From the NCBI GenBank assembly GCA_049275655.1, contig JBASUY010000020.1:2651-66650 (forward strand): a DNA stretch of 64,000 nucleotides. The letters run 5' to 3'. The notes below the pieces were generated by a model. The model did no database searches. It was given only the letters and a program-made list of their open reading frames with translations, and was not told the origin of the DNA. Origin of the DNA: Candidatus Omnitrophota bacterium (GTDB taxonomy: Bacteria; Omnitrophota; Gorgyraeia; Gygaellales; Profunditerraquicolaceae). The position numbers were made by a program, and so were the translations under genes. Below are positions 1 through 10,088 of this stretch, in pieces. Position 1 is the first letter of the stretch. Each line of letters begins with the position of its first letter.

Positions 1-378
1 ACTTTGGCTACGGGTGCGTTTAACTCTTCCTCCGAACATTTCTACTATCACTTGCATTCCATAACTTATGCCCAAGATAGGTATTCCTAATTTAAATATT
101 CCTTTATCAGGATAAAGAGGCTTTTTAGCTGTAGTTAACGTTGGGCTTCCGGAGAGGATAAGCCCTTTAGGATTCATTGCTACTATATCTTTTAACGGGG
201 TATTAAAAGGTATAATCCTTGAATAAACTTTATTCTCACGCACTCTTCGGGCAACCAGTTGAGTGTATTGAGAGCCAAAGTCTAATATCAAAACAACCTG
301 CTTAGGAGAAGTTATCTTTTCTTTTTTAAAGCGCCGGCTTTTTTTAAAAAATCTCTTTTTTTTAGCTAACCTTTTCAT
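1..378 (-). CDS. guaA: GMP synthase (glutamine-hydrolysing), N-terminal class I glutamine amidotransferase part. The gene continues beyond the window start.
   Basis: Reverse-strand translation from ATG at 378 gives MKRLAKKK...ILDFGSQYTQLVARRVRE...LSGSP...GIPILGISYGMQV. This is the typical GuaA GATase N-terminus. It was not in the ORF track because it runs off the window edge. Confidence 0.7.
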   Translation of the reverse strand, partial: MKRLAKKKRFFKKSRRFKKEKITSPKQVVLILDFGSQYTQLVARRVRENKVYSRIIPFNTPLKDIVAMNPKGLILSGSPTLTTAKKPLYPDKGIFKLGIPILGISYGMQVIVEMFGGRVKRTRSQS

Positions 379-379
379 A

Positions 380-1540
380 TTATTTCCCCATTCCTACGCG
401 CTGCCCAACTTGAAACATTTTCCCCTCGGTCTGTATTGATGGCGCGATAATAATTTCTACATCCTGCATTTTGCTTAGGTCTGTTGCTCCTAATGAGCCC
501 ATTGAGGTTTTTAATGCCCCTATTAAATTTTGAGAGCCGTCATCAACCTTAGCCGGGCCAAAGAGAATCTCTTTTAAGGATCCGGTCGTTCCTACTCTGA
601 TACGAGTACCTCTAGGAAGATTAACATGTGAAGTGGCCATTCCCCAATGAAAGCCCCTTCCTGGAGCTTCTTTTGCGCGGGCAAAGCTTGAGCCGATCAT
701 TACAGCGTCAGCCCCGCAGGCAAATGCCTTGCATATATCTCCCCCCCTATTCATCCCTCCGTCAGTAATGATAGATATATACCTGCCTGTTCTCTTGTAA
801 TAATAATCCCGTGCCTGTGAAGCATCTACTGTTGCCGTGACCTGGGGAACGCCTATGCCTAAGACTCCCCTTGTAGTGCAGGCTGCTCCCGGGCCTACCC
901 CAATTAAAAGCGCCCTTGCGCCTGTATCCATAAGTTCAAGGGTTGTCTCATAAGTTACGCAATTGCCTAAAATTACCGGTATCTTAGTCTCTTTGCAAAA
1001 CTTATAAAGATCAAGTGTTTTATATTCTTTTGCTAAATGCCGGGCAGTAGTTACTGTAGATTGGACAATAAATATATCTGCTCCGGAAGCTATAGCTAAC
1101 TTGGAGAACCTTTCGGCATTAGCCGGTATGCAACTTACTACCGCAACAGCCCCTTTCTTTTTAATCTCAGAGACCCTCTTTGAAACTAACTTTTCTTTGA
1201 TTGGGGTTGTATATACAGACTGGATTAATTCAGTTGCTTTTTGTGGAGTTGCCTGGGCTATATCCTTTAATACTGAATCAGGGTTTTCGTATCTAGTTTG
1301 GACACCGTCTAAATTTAATACCGCAATACCTCCTAAGTTAGACATCTCAACGGCAAATTTTACGTCTACCACTCCATCCATTGCCGCCGCTAGAATTGGA
1401 ACGCTGAATCTTTTTCCTGCTATTTGAAAGGATGTGTCTACCTCGTTTGGGTTAATTGTCTGCGCTCCAGGGACAAGAGCAATCTCATCAAAACCATAAC
1501 ATCTACGTGCGCGCTTACCTATACCTATCCACTCTGCCAT
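380..1540 (-). CDS. IMP dehydrogenase/GMP reductase family protein, short CBS-less form, GuaB-like
   Basis: 386 aa. Catalytic loop [11 protein letters not shown] matches the IMPDH GIGPGSICTTR loop. [19 protein letters not shown] matches the IMPDH GGIRxxGDIxKAlAaGA region. AAAMDGVVD resembles the IMPDH N-terminus. Lies immediately upstream of guaA. Confidence 0.65.
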   Translation of the reverse strand: MAEWIGIGKRARRCYGFDEIALVPGAQTINPNEVDTSFQIAGKRFSVPILAAAMDGVVDVKFAVEMSNLGGIAVLNLDGVQTRYENPDSVLKDIAQATPQKATELIQSVYTTPIKEKLVSKRVSEIKKKGAVAVVSCIPANAERFSKLAIASGADIFIVQSTVTTARHLAKEYKTLDLYKFCKETKIPVILGNCVTYETTLELMDTGARALLIGVGPGAACTTRGVLGIGVPQVTATVDASQARDYYYKRTGRYISIITDGGMNRGGDICKAFACGADAVMIGSSFARAKEAPGRGFHWGMATSHVNLPRGTRIRVGTTGSLKEILFGPAKVDDGSQNLIGALKTSMGSLGATDLSKMQDVEIIIAPSIQTEGKMFQVGQRVGMGK

Positions 1541-1693
1541 CTCTTAGCCTTTCTTTGTATATAACTTGTTGTTAAATAAAGAGTTAGATAAAAAATTCAT
1601 ATTTTTTACGAGTTTACCTATGAAAGGATAGTGAATTTTACAATAATTAAGAGCCTTTGTCAAGATAAAAAGGCAAGGAATTTATGTAATCCC

Positions 1694-2731
1694 TTAGAAC
1701 AATATCTTTAATAATCTCAATGCACCTTGCCCCCAAGGCACTCGATGTGTAATACCCTTCTTATTCTTAAAGCTATTAAGATTTTTTAAATACCAATGAT
1801 AATTTCTTAGGAGCGCTTCTTTATTGGAGAATTTCGGTATAAAGCCTAATTTTTCTTTAGCCTTATCTATTGAAACATAGGAATCTTTATCCACTGTTTC
1901 ATACACCCATTTATACAGGGGCGAAAGATGAAAAAACTCTAAGACTCTTAAAATTGTAACAGCAACCCAAGACGGAAAAGCTATTAAACTCTTCCCATAC
2001 CCTGCTTCATCTAATACTACCTGATAATCTTCTTTCATAGTAGCAAATTCTTTAGCCCCAATATTAAATGTATCGTTAACTATTACTTTGTCTTTTACCA
2101 TACATAAAAAAATAGCCTCGCATAGGTCTTCAACATCTAAAAATTGATATTTATTATTTCCGTTTCCTATAATAGGAAAGTTTTTACCATCCTTAGCCCA
2201 ATCATAAAACAAGGCAAATACCCCTAATCTCTCAGGGCCGATAAAAGATTTAGGCCTTATTATTGAAATGCACATCCCCTTTTTGCGGTATTCTTCACAT
2301 ACCTCTTCTGCTGTTATCTTTGCCTTCCCATAATCGCCTACGCCTATTAATTTATCATCTTCATATATAGGGTTGTGGTCAGGAATACCATAAACAGCTG
2401 TTGAGGAGATATGAATAAACCTATCAATTTTATTTTTAAAAGCTTCTTCTAAAAGGTTTTTTGTCCCATCAACATCAGTAGAATAAATATCATTTTTTTT
2501 ATAAAGAGGTAAAGCTGCGGCAGTATGGATAACTAAATCTGTGTTTTTCAGTGCTTTTACAACATCTTCTTTATTCCGTATATCCCCTTTTATTTCTTCT
2601 ATTCTGTTTTTTTCAGGGTAATCAAAATCAGCTACATCTAAAGTTCTAATGGCTCCTAATCCTTTATTAAATAAATACCTAACGAGATTAACCCCTAGGA
2701 AACCTGCTCCACCTGTAATTAAGATTCTCAT
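1694..2731 (-). CDS. NAD-dependent epimerase/dehydratase (extended SDR family)
   Basis: N-terminal ILITGGAGFLG Rossmann motif. 345 aa, typical for sugar-nucleotide epimerases/dehydratases. Confidence 0.8.
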   Translation of the reverse strand: MRILITGGAGFLGVNLVRYLFNKGLGAIRTLDVADFDYPEKNRIEEIKGDIRNKEDVVKALKNTDLVIHTAAALPLYKKNDIYSTDVDGTKNLLEEAFKNKIDRFIHISSTAVYGIPDHNPIYEDDKLIGVGDYGKAKITAEEVCEEYRKKGMCISIIRPKSFIGPERLGVFALFYDWAKDGKNFPIIGNGNNKYQFLDVEDLCEAIFLCMVKDKVIVNDTFNIGAKEFATMKEDYQVVLDEAGYGKSLIAFPSWVAVTILRVLEFFHLSPLYKWVYETVDKDSYVSIDKAKEKLGFIPKFSNKEALLRNYHWYLKNLNSFKNKKGITHRVPWGQGALRLLKILF

Positions 2732-2749
2732 ATATTAGGCTTATTTAAA

Positions 2750-3616
2750 TTAAAAATAAATAATAGCGCTACAAGCAATAATCCACAATACAATGCTTAA
2801 TTGCAGCGGTATATCGGATAATAGAATACGAATCGGATCATCATCTTTCTTAACTTTGTGAATAAGATAAAGATAGCGAAAGATACCATAATAGACAAAG
2901 GGCATAGTAAGTAGTAGTTTTGTAGTTCCAAATTCTCTTATTGTCCGAATATCCACAGTATAAAGCATATAAACTATTGTTATAGATGACGTAATTACCG
3001 CTATCATTTGATCTATGAAATAGATATCATATTCCACAAGTATAGAACGGTGCCGGATAGCTTTCTCTTGAAATAGATCTAATTCCTGCCGCCTTTTATT
3101 GAAACCTAAAAACATAGCAAGTAGGGCTATCATTATTATAACCCAGTAAGATAACTTAACTTCTGCCACTACGCCTCCAGATAAAATACGTAATAGGTAA
3201 AAAAAGGCTAAGCTAAAAACATCAATAATAACTACTTTTTTCAATATCTTAGAATAAAAAAAATTAGATATAGAATAAACGATAATTATATACCCAAAAT
3301 AGATATTTAGAATAAAAGATAAAGTAATAGAGAAAACTAATAATATAAAAGCTGCGGTTAAAGCTAACCTTATATTAACTTTACCTGAAGCTATAGGCCG
3401 TAAAGATTTAATTGGATGGCGCTTGTCTTTTTCTATATCTAAGATGTCATTTATAAGATACGCAGCACTAGCAGATAAGGAAAAAAGACAAAAGGCAAAA
3501 AATACTTTTAAATTTGCTGGGAAAATTAGCAATCTCTTCCCAAAGATTAAAGGAATAAAGATAAAAGTATTTTTAATCCACTGCTTAGGACGCAAAGAAA
3601 GGAATAAGTGCTTCAT
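2750..3616 (-). CDS. UbiA-family prenyltransferase, decaprenyl-phosphate phosphoribosyltransferase (DPPR synthase)-like
   Basis: 288 aa polytopic membrane protein with the NDILDIEKDKRHP motif (NDxxDxxxD of UbiA/DPPR synthases). Confidence 0.7.
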   Translation of the reverse strand: MKHLFLSLRPKQWIKNTFIFIPLIFGKRLLIFPANLKVFFAFCLFSLSASAAYLINDILDIEKDKRHPIKSLRPIASGKVNIRLALTAAFILLVFSITLSFILNIYFGYIIIVYSISNFFYSKILKKVVIIDVFSLAFFYLLRILSGGVVAEVKLSYWVIIMIALLAMFLGFNKRRQELDLFQEKAIRHRSILVEYDIYFIDQMIAVITSSITIVYMLYTVDIRTIREFGTTKLLLTMPFVYYGIFRYLYLIHKVKKDDDPIRILLSDIPLQLSIVLWIIACSAIIYF

Positions 3617-3649
3617 AGTTAACCTTAAATTAAGATAAGCGTACTTTTA

Positions 3650-5422
3650 TTATTCTAAAGAATATACTATCCCATCGCTCAAATTTATAATTTCTTGAAG
3701 ATTAAAAACAGAGCTGAGTTCTTCTATATTATATAAAAAATCCCTTGCTATATTTTTAAACCATACTAAATATATTTTCTCGTGAGTTAGTTTTAATTTT
3801 TCTTTAATTTCATACAAATTATCGCCTTTTGAAGCTGAAGAATCATGCTCATGCTTCTTGGGGCTAAGGTTAGATTTTTTTCCAGTATGAATATAAATGG
3901 CTTCTGGCACATTACTAGCTATTGCAGCGTCTAATTTATGCTCCTGCAACCATAATATAAGAGATGATTTTCTCCAGGCCTGAGTGCTATATTCAACAAT
4001 ACCGGATTGCCTTGAATGTATAACCCTGTAAATATTATAGGTAAGGGGATAGAACAAAGAAAAAATAAATATAGTATAAACAGTAAATCTTAGTATTTTC
4101 TTACTTACTTGTTGATAAGGCAATAAAATTAATAAATTTTCTATATTAACTAAGATTAAAAATATAGTAAAAATATATATTGGCGATAAGAGCCTAAGAT
4201 TTATCCTATCAAAAGCAAACCTTGCCCCAGAAATAATTAAAAAAATAGTGTAAACTAATAAAAAAATGCCTGCGGGTAATACTTGTCTTATTCTATTAAT
4301 CCCCTCCTCATTACTCTTTAAATAACGATAAAAAGTTAAAGTTATTATTAATAATATCAATAATCCAACAGTTATTCCTCTAATTAAAAAAGGCATATTA
4401 CTAGGTAAAAACCATAAAGTTAATGTATCAAAAGTATAATATATATTTTGCAATAAGGTAAAATCTGAAGGAAACCTAGTTCCAAAAAATGTTTGTGTTA
4501 GGATATAATTTCGTATAGGCCAAATAGAAAATATAGAAGTAGAGATAATACTAAAAATAATTCCATATTTTAATCTTTGCAAAAAAGAAGATTTTGGCAA
4601 CAATAAAAAAATAGAGATAAAACCTGAAATAATTAACGTAACACCTATATATCTTTGTAAACAAGAAAGCGCTGCTATAGCAGAGAGTAAAATTAATGTT
4701 GACCACCGCGCTTTGTTTATAAACTTATATAAACAAAAGATAAACAAATTTACAAGTAAGATAAATAACGGCTCTGACCAAGCCATATATGAAACTAAAA
4801 AAATAGGAATTGAGAATAAGACAGATATTGTTCCTAAAATTATTATTTCTTTTGTTTGGATAAACTTACGAAATAACTGCCCTGAAGTAAAAATAATCAA
4901 TCCAAAGATAATAACGTTAAGAAATCTGGCTCCATATAAAGGATCCATACCTGTTAATCCAATAGCAGCTAAAATAGTTGAAAATAGTGGCGGGAATACT
5001 ATTAAAGGATTTCCGGCCCAGTCAAGATACCCTTTGCCAAGGATTAAGTTTCTAGCTACGGAGATGTAAACTACTGAATCAGGACTAAGGCCTACTCCAT
5101 AACGCGACGTGCATATTAAAACTAATAGAACACCTATAAAACTTAATATTGTGATTATTAAATTTATATGCGTTTTTACTCTTATTAAAAAAAAGTAACC
5201 TAAAAGAAAAAAGAAAGAAGTAGCTAAGCTAAAGAATAAGGTAATTGGTTCTAAATGAACTATCCTGTCTTTATGAATTTCAATAAATAACCCGCTATTG
5301 ATAACATAGCTACAAAAATAGGAATAAATTGGCCATCCTAAAATCGCAAGGATTAATATAGTTAATATAAGTATTGGAAGGGTTTTATTTTTTTTAATCT
5401 TGGTTTTTATTTTACCTATCAT
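3650..5422 (-). CDS. GT-C fold membrane glycosyltransferase (ArnT/PMT-like, polyprenyl-phosphate-sugar dependent)
   Basis: 590 aa with about 12 predicted TM helices. First periplasmic loop motif DSVVYISVARN resembles the ArnT/PMT DxxxY..A.N motif. Soluble C-terminal domain. Confidence 0.5.
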   Translation of the reverse strand: MIGKIKTKIKKNKTLPILILTILILAILGWPIYSYFCSYVINSGLFIEIHKDRIVHLEPITLFFSLATSFFFLLGYFFLIRVKTHINLIITILSFIGVLLVLICTSRYGVGLSPDSVVYISVARNLILGKGYLDWAGNPLIVFPPLFSTILAAIGLTGMDPLYGARFLNVIIFGLIIFTSGQLFRKFIQTKEIIILGTISVLFSIPIFLVSYMAWSEPLFILLVNLFIFCLYKFINKARWSTLILLSAIAALSCLQRYIGVTLIISGFISIFLLLPKSSFLQRLKYGIIFSIISTSIFSIWPIRNYILTQTFFGTRFPSDFTLLQNIYYTFDTLTLWFLPSNMPFLIRGITVGLLILLIITLTFYRYLKSNEEGINRIRQVLPAGIFLLVYTIFLIISGARFAFDRINLRLLSPIYIFTIFLILVNIENLLILLPYQQVSKKILRFTVYTIFIFSLFYPLTYNIYRVIHSRQSGIVEYSTQAWRKSSLILWLQEHKLDAAIASNVPEAIYIHTGKKSNLSPKKHEHDSSASKGDNLYEIKEKLKLTHEKIYLVWFKNIARDFLYNIEELSSVFNLQEIINLSDGIVYSLE

Positions 5423-5444
5423 AAAGAGGTGATAACTATAAGAA

Positions 5445-5476
5445 AATAGGTGCTTCTAATTAAAGAAGCACCTATT
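5445..5476 (-). terminator. Rho-independent terminator-like hairpin downstream of groEL
   Basis: 13-bp perfect stem AATAGGTGCTTCT / AGAAGCACCTATT with a 6-nt loop, followed on the minus strand by TTCTT. Lies 20 nt after the groEL stop. Confidence 0.5.
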
Positions 5477-5495
5477 CTACTCTACCTTTTATGGA

Positions 5496-7139
5496 TTAAT
5501 ACATCCCTCCACCCATTCCGCCCATACCTGCCGGCGGCATAGGAGGCATCTTATCATCCTTTTCTGGTTTATCTGCTATCAAAGCCTCAGTAGTAAGAAG
5601 CAAGGAGGCGATGCTGGATGCATTTTGTAGGGCTGAACGGGTAACTTTTTTAGGGTCAATTACCCCTGCTTCAACCATATCTACGTAATCATCCCGAGAA
5701 ACATCATATCCAACATTGGTCTTTTCTTGCTTTATGCGCTGAACCACGACAGAACCCTCTAATCCTGCGTTCTCGGTAATCTGCCTGATTGGCTCTTCTA
5801 AGGCGCGCTTGATTATATCAACTCCGACCTTCTCATCTCCTTCAAGCTTTAGTTTATCTAAAACAGGGATACAGCGGATTAAAGCAACTCCTCCACCGGG
5901 AATAATCCCTTCCTCTACTGCCGCGCGTGTGGCATGCAAGGCATCCTCTACGCGGGCTTTCTTTTCTTTCATTTCGCTTTCAGTAGCCGCGCCTACGTTA
6001 ATAACTGCTACTCCGCCTGCAAGTTTAGCTAAACGCTCCTGCAGTTTTTCTTTATCATAATCAGAGTCAGTTTCATCAATCTGTTTTTTGATCTGCGCTA
6101 CGCGTGCGCTTACTGCGGCTTGCTTTCCTGCGCCTTCTACGATAGTAGTATTCTCCTTGTCAATCTTTACTTTTTTAGCTTTGCCTAAGTCATTAAGGTC
6201 AACACTCTCTAATTTAATCCCTAAATCCTCAGTTAAAGCCTTTCCACCGGTTAATATGGCGATATCTTCAAGCATTGCTTTGCGCCTATCTCCATAGCCA
6301 GGGGCTTTTACTGCACAAGAAACAAATGTGCCTTTTAGCTTATTGACTACTAAGGTTGCAAGAGCCTCTCCTTCTACCTCCTCGGCAATAATCAAGAGGG
6401 GCTTTCCGGTGCGCGCTATCTTCTCTAATAAAGGAAGAAGGTCTTTTAAAGAGGATATCTTCTTTTCGTGTATTAAAATATAGGTATCCTCTAAGATGCA
6501 CTCCATTCTCTCTGCGTCAGTGACAAAATAAGGGGATAGATAGCCTTGGTCAAATTGCATGCCTTCTACTAACTCTAAGGTAGTTGCAGTAGTCTTAGCT
6601 TCTTCTACGGTAATTACTCCGTCTTTGCCTACCTTATCCATTGCCTCGGATATTTGGTCGCCTATGGCGCTATCGCCATTTGCCGCAATTGAAGCAACCT
6701 GAGCTACCTCTTTCTTTTCTCTGGCATTAATGGGCTTTGCTAATTTACCCAACTCTTCTGCCACCTTTTCTACTGCTTTTTCAATCCCACGCTTTAAGGC
6801 CATAGGGTTAGCTCCGGCAGTAACATTCTTTAAACCTTCGCGGTATATCGCTTCAGCTAAAACCGTAGCTGTAGTAGTTCCATCACCAGCTACATCAGAG
6901 GTCTTTTCAGCTACCTCCTTTACCATCTGTGCGCCCATATTTTCATAAGGGTCTTCTAGCTCTATCTCCTTGGCGACGGTTACCCCGTCTTTGGTGATTG
7001 TAGGAGAGCCGAATTTTTTGTCAATTACTACATTACGCCCCTTTGGTCCTAAGGTAACTTTTACTGCGCGGGCTAGTTGTTCTACTCCGCTTAAAAGTTT
7101 TCTGCGGCCTTCATCTTGATATAACAGCTGCTTACTCAT
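5496..7139 (-). CDS. groL: Chaperonin GroEL (Cpn60)
   Basis: 547 aa with characteristic GroEL sequence throughout and a C-terminal GGM repeat tail ([10 protein letters not shown]). Confidence 0.97.
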   Translation of the reverse strand: MSKQLLYQDEGRRKLLSGVEQLARAVKVTLGPKGRNVVIDKKFGSPTITKDGVTVAKEIELEDPYENMGAQMVKEVAEKTSDVAGDGTTTATVLAEAIYREGLKNVTAGANPMALKRGIEKAVEKVAEELGKLAKPINAREKKEVAQVASIAANGDSAIGDQISEAMDKVGKDGVITVEEAKTTATTLELVEGMQFDQGYLSPYFVTDAERMECILEDTYILIHEKKISSLKDLLPLLEKIARTGKPLLIIAEEVEGEALATLVVNKLKGTFVSCAVKAPGYGDRRKAMLEDIAILTGGKALTEDLGIKLESVDLNDLGKAKKVKIDKENTTIVEGAGKQAAVSARVAQIKKQIDETDSDYDKEKLQERLAKLAGGVAVINVGAATESEMKEKKARVEDALHATRAAVEEGIIPGGGVALIRCIPVLDKLKLEGDEKVGVDIIKRALEEPIRQITENAGLEGSVVVQRIKQEKTNVGYDVSRDDYVDMVEAGVIDPKKVTRSALQNASSIASLLLTTEALIADKPEKDDKMPPMPPAGMGGMGGGMY

Positions 7140-7161
7140 TTATATCCTCCTTATTGTAAGA

Positions 7162-7452
7162 TTATTTGATAATTGCTAAAATATCTTCTTCTCGCATAAT
7201 TAAAAGCTCTTCGCCTTCCTTGGTGGTAATTTCGTTGCCAGAGTATTTTCCGTATAAAACCTTATCTCCCACCTTTACTTCCGGAGCCTGAACGCCTCCG
7301 TTTTCTAAGACCTTACCTTTGCCTACAGCCACAACCTTGCCTTCCTGAGGTTTTTCTTTTGCTGTATCCGGGATAACTATACCGCCCTTAGTCTTCTCCT
7401 CTGCCTCCAGGGGCTTTATCACTATCCTATCACCTAATGGTTTAATCTCCAT
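7162..7452 (-). CDS. groS: Co-chaperonin GroES (Cpn10)
   Basis: [14 protein letters not shown]... is typical GroES. Start moved to ATG at 7452, preceded by a strong SD (AAGAGGAGGTG, then a 6-nt spacer). The track ORF starts at an upstream GTG. Confidence 0.95.
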   Translation of the reverse strand: MEIKPLGDRIVIKPLEAEEKTKGGIVIPDTAKEKPQEGKVVAVGKGKVLENGGVQAPEVKVGDKVLYGKYSGNEITTKEGEELLIMREEDILAIIK

Positions 7453-7481
7453 CTTTAACACCTCCTCTTAATCTGTTTATT

Positions 7482-7508
7482 TTAGCACTTTTCTCCTAAG
7501 AGTGCTAA
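7482..7508 (-). promoter_or_regulatory. CIRCE element (HrcA operator) upstream of groES
   Basis: TTAGCACTT-N9-GAGTGCTAA, versus the consensus TTAGCACTC-N9-GAGTGCTAA. It overlaps the -10 of the groESL promoter. Confidence 0.85.
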
Positions 7509-7535
7509 TTATAAATAAAAAAAAATTCTTGTCAA
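7507..7535 (-). promoter_or_regulatory. sigma70-type promoter of groESL
   Basis: On the minus strand: TTGACA (7535..7530), 17-nt spacer, ATAATT (7512..7507). Immediately followed by CIRCE. Confidence 0.6.
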
Positions 7536-7546
7536 GTATTTTTTTA

Positions 7547-9367
7547 TTAAGATTGGTATATTTCCTTAATCGCCAGTTCTACTAAAAGGCTGTCCCAATT
7601 ATTCTTTATTAATTCTTTTTTTATTATTTTTAAATCAACTCCTTGAGCTTTTTTTACCGATATAAAGGCAACTAAAATAGATAGGTTAAATTTTTGTGTT
7701 TTACTTAAAATATTAATTATCGGTCTTTCTTTTTGAGTTTGATTTAGAAAAAAAGCAGCCAAGGCTATAAGTAGCGGAAATAATAGTAAACCTAAAGAAG
7801 AGTAAAATAGCGCTATGCTACTTCGGCCTAAAATATAAACTATTGTGCACCAAAATATATCAAAGAGATAATGAGCGACTAATACCGGGACTATCCCAAA
7901 GCGGATAAAGAACAAGCCATATAATAATCCGATTAGGGTAATCTCTATTATACGAAACCAAACCGGATATATAGCATAAAGGGTATGCCCCATCCCCCAA
8001 ACAAATGAAGCCAGTAGTATTGCCAGGATAGTGTTGCGCAGGTATTTTTTAGCAAAACTTATTCCGAAAAGCCTAAAGGTAATCTCTTCAGTCAGGCTGG
8101 CGTTGGCCCCTATTATCAACGCGCTTAATAAAGGTATACTACCAGAAGAAAAAGCAGCCATAGTGTACCACTCCCGCCAAATTCCTAAGAACTTTTGCCC
8201 GTTATGAAAAATTATTGCTTGGAGCCCAAGAGTAATTATCCAGAGTAGGTAACCAAGTAAAACTGAACTACTAAAATAACGGTTTAGGAAGCTTGAGCGA
8301 AGATAAGAGAAAAAGGAGATATATTTTTTTTCAGGGAAAGTCTCATTGGTTAAAATCTCTCCGGCGATCCCGGGCATAATAAAGCCAACTATTATAAAAA
8401 GATTATTAAATAACCATTTGGTAAATGCCAGCCCGAGAAAAGAATGCATTTGGGAATTAGTAGGGTAGTTCATATAAATATACTGCAGGTTATTTATAAA
8501 TCCGGCTAAGTTGATAGCTCCTAAAAATATTGCCATAGCGTAAAAAATTTTTTTTGTCATCTGCGGGACAATATCGCTTTTTTTACTTAGGACAATACTG
8601 ATAGAAATAGCCAATACAAAAAAAACAAAGATATTAAAAATATTATTAATATAACCAGCTAAGATGAACTGTTTATCCGTATATCTTTTGAATGTGTCAG
8701 GTAAATCAAATTTATTTTTTTGAAACTCCCTGACCTCATCTCCTGAGACTATTACTTCATTAAGTAGCTTAGCCCCTCCTTTGCCCGGCTCCCAAGGTAT
8801 ATAGACGTTTTTTTTCTCCCAAGAAAATATATATTCTATCCTATTTTCATAGCGCTTTATTTTTTCTTCGTGGAAATCATATTCGCTTAAGTCCGCATTA
8901 AATGTATTTTTTAGAAATTCCTTAGCTTTTATCTTTGCCTCTAATTTTCCTAAATCCGGCCTAGCCTCTGTATCTTCTATTAAATGTATAAAGCGGATGA
9001 CCTCCCCGGATTTTGCGCTTAAAAAGATTGAATACTCTTCTTTTTTTGATTCTTGAAAAAACCTGACAATCCAGCAAAATAAATCAAAATTATGCTTATG
9101 GATAAACTCTTTCTCTGCTTCTAACCCGACAGCATGCTGGAAATAGCGGTTAAAGTTGTCATTAATATCAAATACTACTGCTCGGGAGTAATTGCTAAGG
9201 TCAACATTCTTCTTTTTAAGATAATCGATAGATTTTTCTATAGCCTCTTTTTTATTAAAAGAAAGGTCGATAAAGGTAAAACGTGGGTATTCTAATCTAT
9301 GCCAAAAGCCAAAGGCTATTAAAGCTAAAATTATAATTATAAGCCAGTCTTTAACCTTTATTTTCAT
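7547..9367 (-). CDS. CPBP-family intramembrane metalloprotease (CAAX protease/Abi domain) with a large N-terminal extracytoplasmic domain
   Basis: 606 aa. The C-terminal region carries the CPBP motifs EEITFRLFG (EExxxR), FVWGMGH (FxxxH) and HYLFD (HxxxD). The N-terminal ~230 aa after the first TM helix has no recognisable motif. Confidence 0.6.
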   Translation of the reverse strand: MKIKVKDWLIIIILALIAFGFWHRLEYPRFTFIDLSFNKKEAIEKSIDYLKKKNVDLSNYSRAVVFDINDNFNRYFQHAVGLEAEKEFIHKHNFDLFCWIVRFFQESKKEEYSIFLSAKSGEVIRFIHLIEDTEARPDLGKLEAKIKAKEFLKNTFNADLSEYDFHEEKIKRYENRIEYIFSWEKKNVYIPWEPGKGGAKLLNEVIVSGDEVREFQKNKFDLPDTFKRYTDKQFILAGYINNIFNIFVFFVLAISISIVLSKKSDIVPQMTKKIFYAMAIFLGAINLAGFINNLQYIYMNYPTNSQMHSFLGLAFTKWLFNNLFIIVGFIMPGIAGEILTNETFPEKKYISFFSYLRSSFLNRYFSSSVLLGYLLWIITLGLQAIIFHNGQKFLGIWREWYTMAAFSSGSIPLLSALIIGANASLTEEITFRLFGISFAKKYLRNTILAILLASFVWGMGHTLYAIYPVWFRIIEITLIGLLYGLFFIRFGIVPVLVAHYLFDIFWCTIVYILGRSSIALFYSSLGLLLFPLLIALAAFFLNQTQKERPIINILSKTQKFNLSILVAFISVKKAQGVDLKIIKKELIKNNWDSLLVELAIKEIYQS

Positions 9368-10088
9368 AATAAAGCATTGTTAACCCTTTAAGGGTAAGGT
9401 TTGTGTCTATTATTTTTAAAGAAGATGCGTACTCTTTAATTAATTTAGAGTCCCCTCCGGTTGCTACTACTTTTGCCCTGCCTATCGATTTTCTTATGTC
9501 TTTAATCAAGCCGTCTGTAAGGTTAGCAAAGCCATAGACTATCCCTGAGAGGATGCTATTCTTTGTTTTTCTACCGATAAATTCCACCGGCTTATTTAAA
9601 GTTACTTTAGGCAAAAGTGCAGTGCGTTTATAGAGCGCTTCAAGAGAGATATTTAACCCAGGGAGTATCATTCCGCCTAAGTACTCTTTTTTTCTTGAGA
9701 TTAAATCAAACGTAACCGCCGTTCCAAAATCAACTACGATTAAAGGCGCTCCATAGAGCCTTAAGGCAGCATAGGCATTAACCAATCTATCTTTTCCTAC
9801 TTGATTAGGAAAAGAGTATAGGTTTTTAATAGGGACATTGATATCCTTGCCTACTATATAAGGGGTTTTAGCGGTTAATCTTTTAAGGTCGCGCTTAAGG
9901 GCATTGGTCAAAGAAGGAACCACGCTACTTATTATAGCTTCATCAATGCTTATATCTTTTAGCCTATGGCGCAGTTTAGATAGTGAGTATTTGTTTGTTA
10001 GGATATAAAAAGTCCTTTGAAGGCGGGCATGGCCAGAAACCCCAAAGGAGATAACCGTATTTCCTATATCAACGCTTAAGAGGTTCAT
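9351..10088 (-). CDS. coaX: Type III pantothenate kinase
   Basis: MNLLSVDIGNTVISFGV N-terminus plus ASKHA-fold motifs (VDFGTAVT, GGDS). 245 aa. Confidence 0.85.
   Translation of the reverse strand: MNLLSVDIGNTVISFGVSGHARLQRTFYILTNKYSLSKLRHRLKDISIDEAIISSVVPSLTNALKRDLKRLTAKTPYIVGKDINVPIKNLYSFPNQVGKDRLVNAYAALRLYGAPLIVVDFGTAVTFDLISRKKEYLGGMILPGLNISLEALYKRTALLPKVTLNKPVEFIGRKTKNSILSGIVYGFANLTDGLIKDIRKSIGRAKVVATGGDSKLIKEYASSLKIIDTNLTLKGLTMLYYENKG

Noticed and set aside
1101-1427. Plus-strand ORFs embedded antisense in strong minus-strand genes. This covers 1101..1427, 5809..6060, 6088..6297, 10694..11017, 16322..16693, 17388..17935, 26313..27281, 31306..31644, 31848..32300, 35217..35675 and others in the ORF track.
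   Set aside because: They lie entirely inside well-supported genes on the opposite strand. Their translations are low-complexity (S/P/T/L-rich) with no motifs. They are typical shadow ORFs of AT-poor codon positions.
5445-5476. The hairpin as part of a riboswitch or attenuator for the glycosylation cassette
   Set aside because: It is a single perfect 13-bp stem with no alternative pairing partner nearby. The simpler reading is a groEL terminator.
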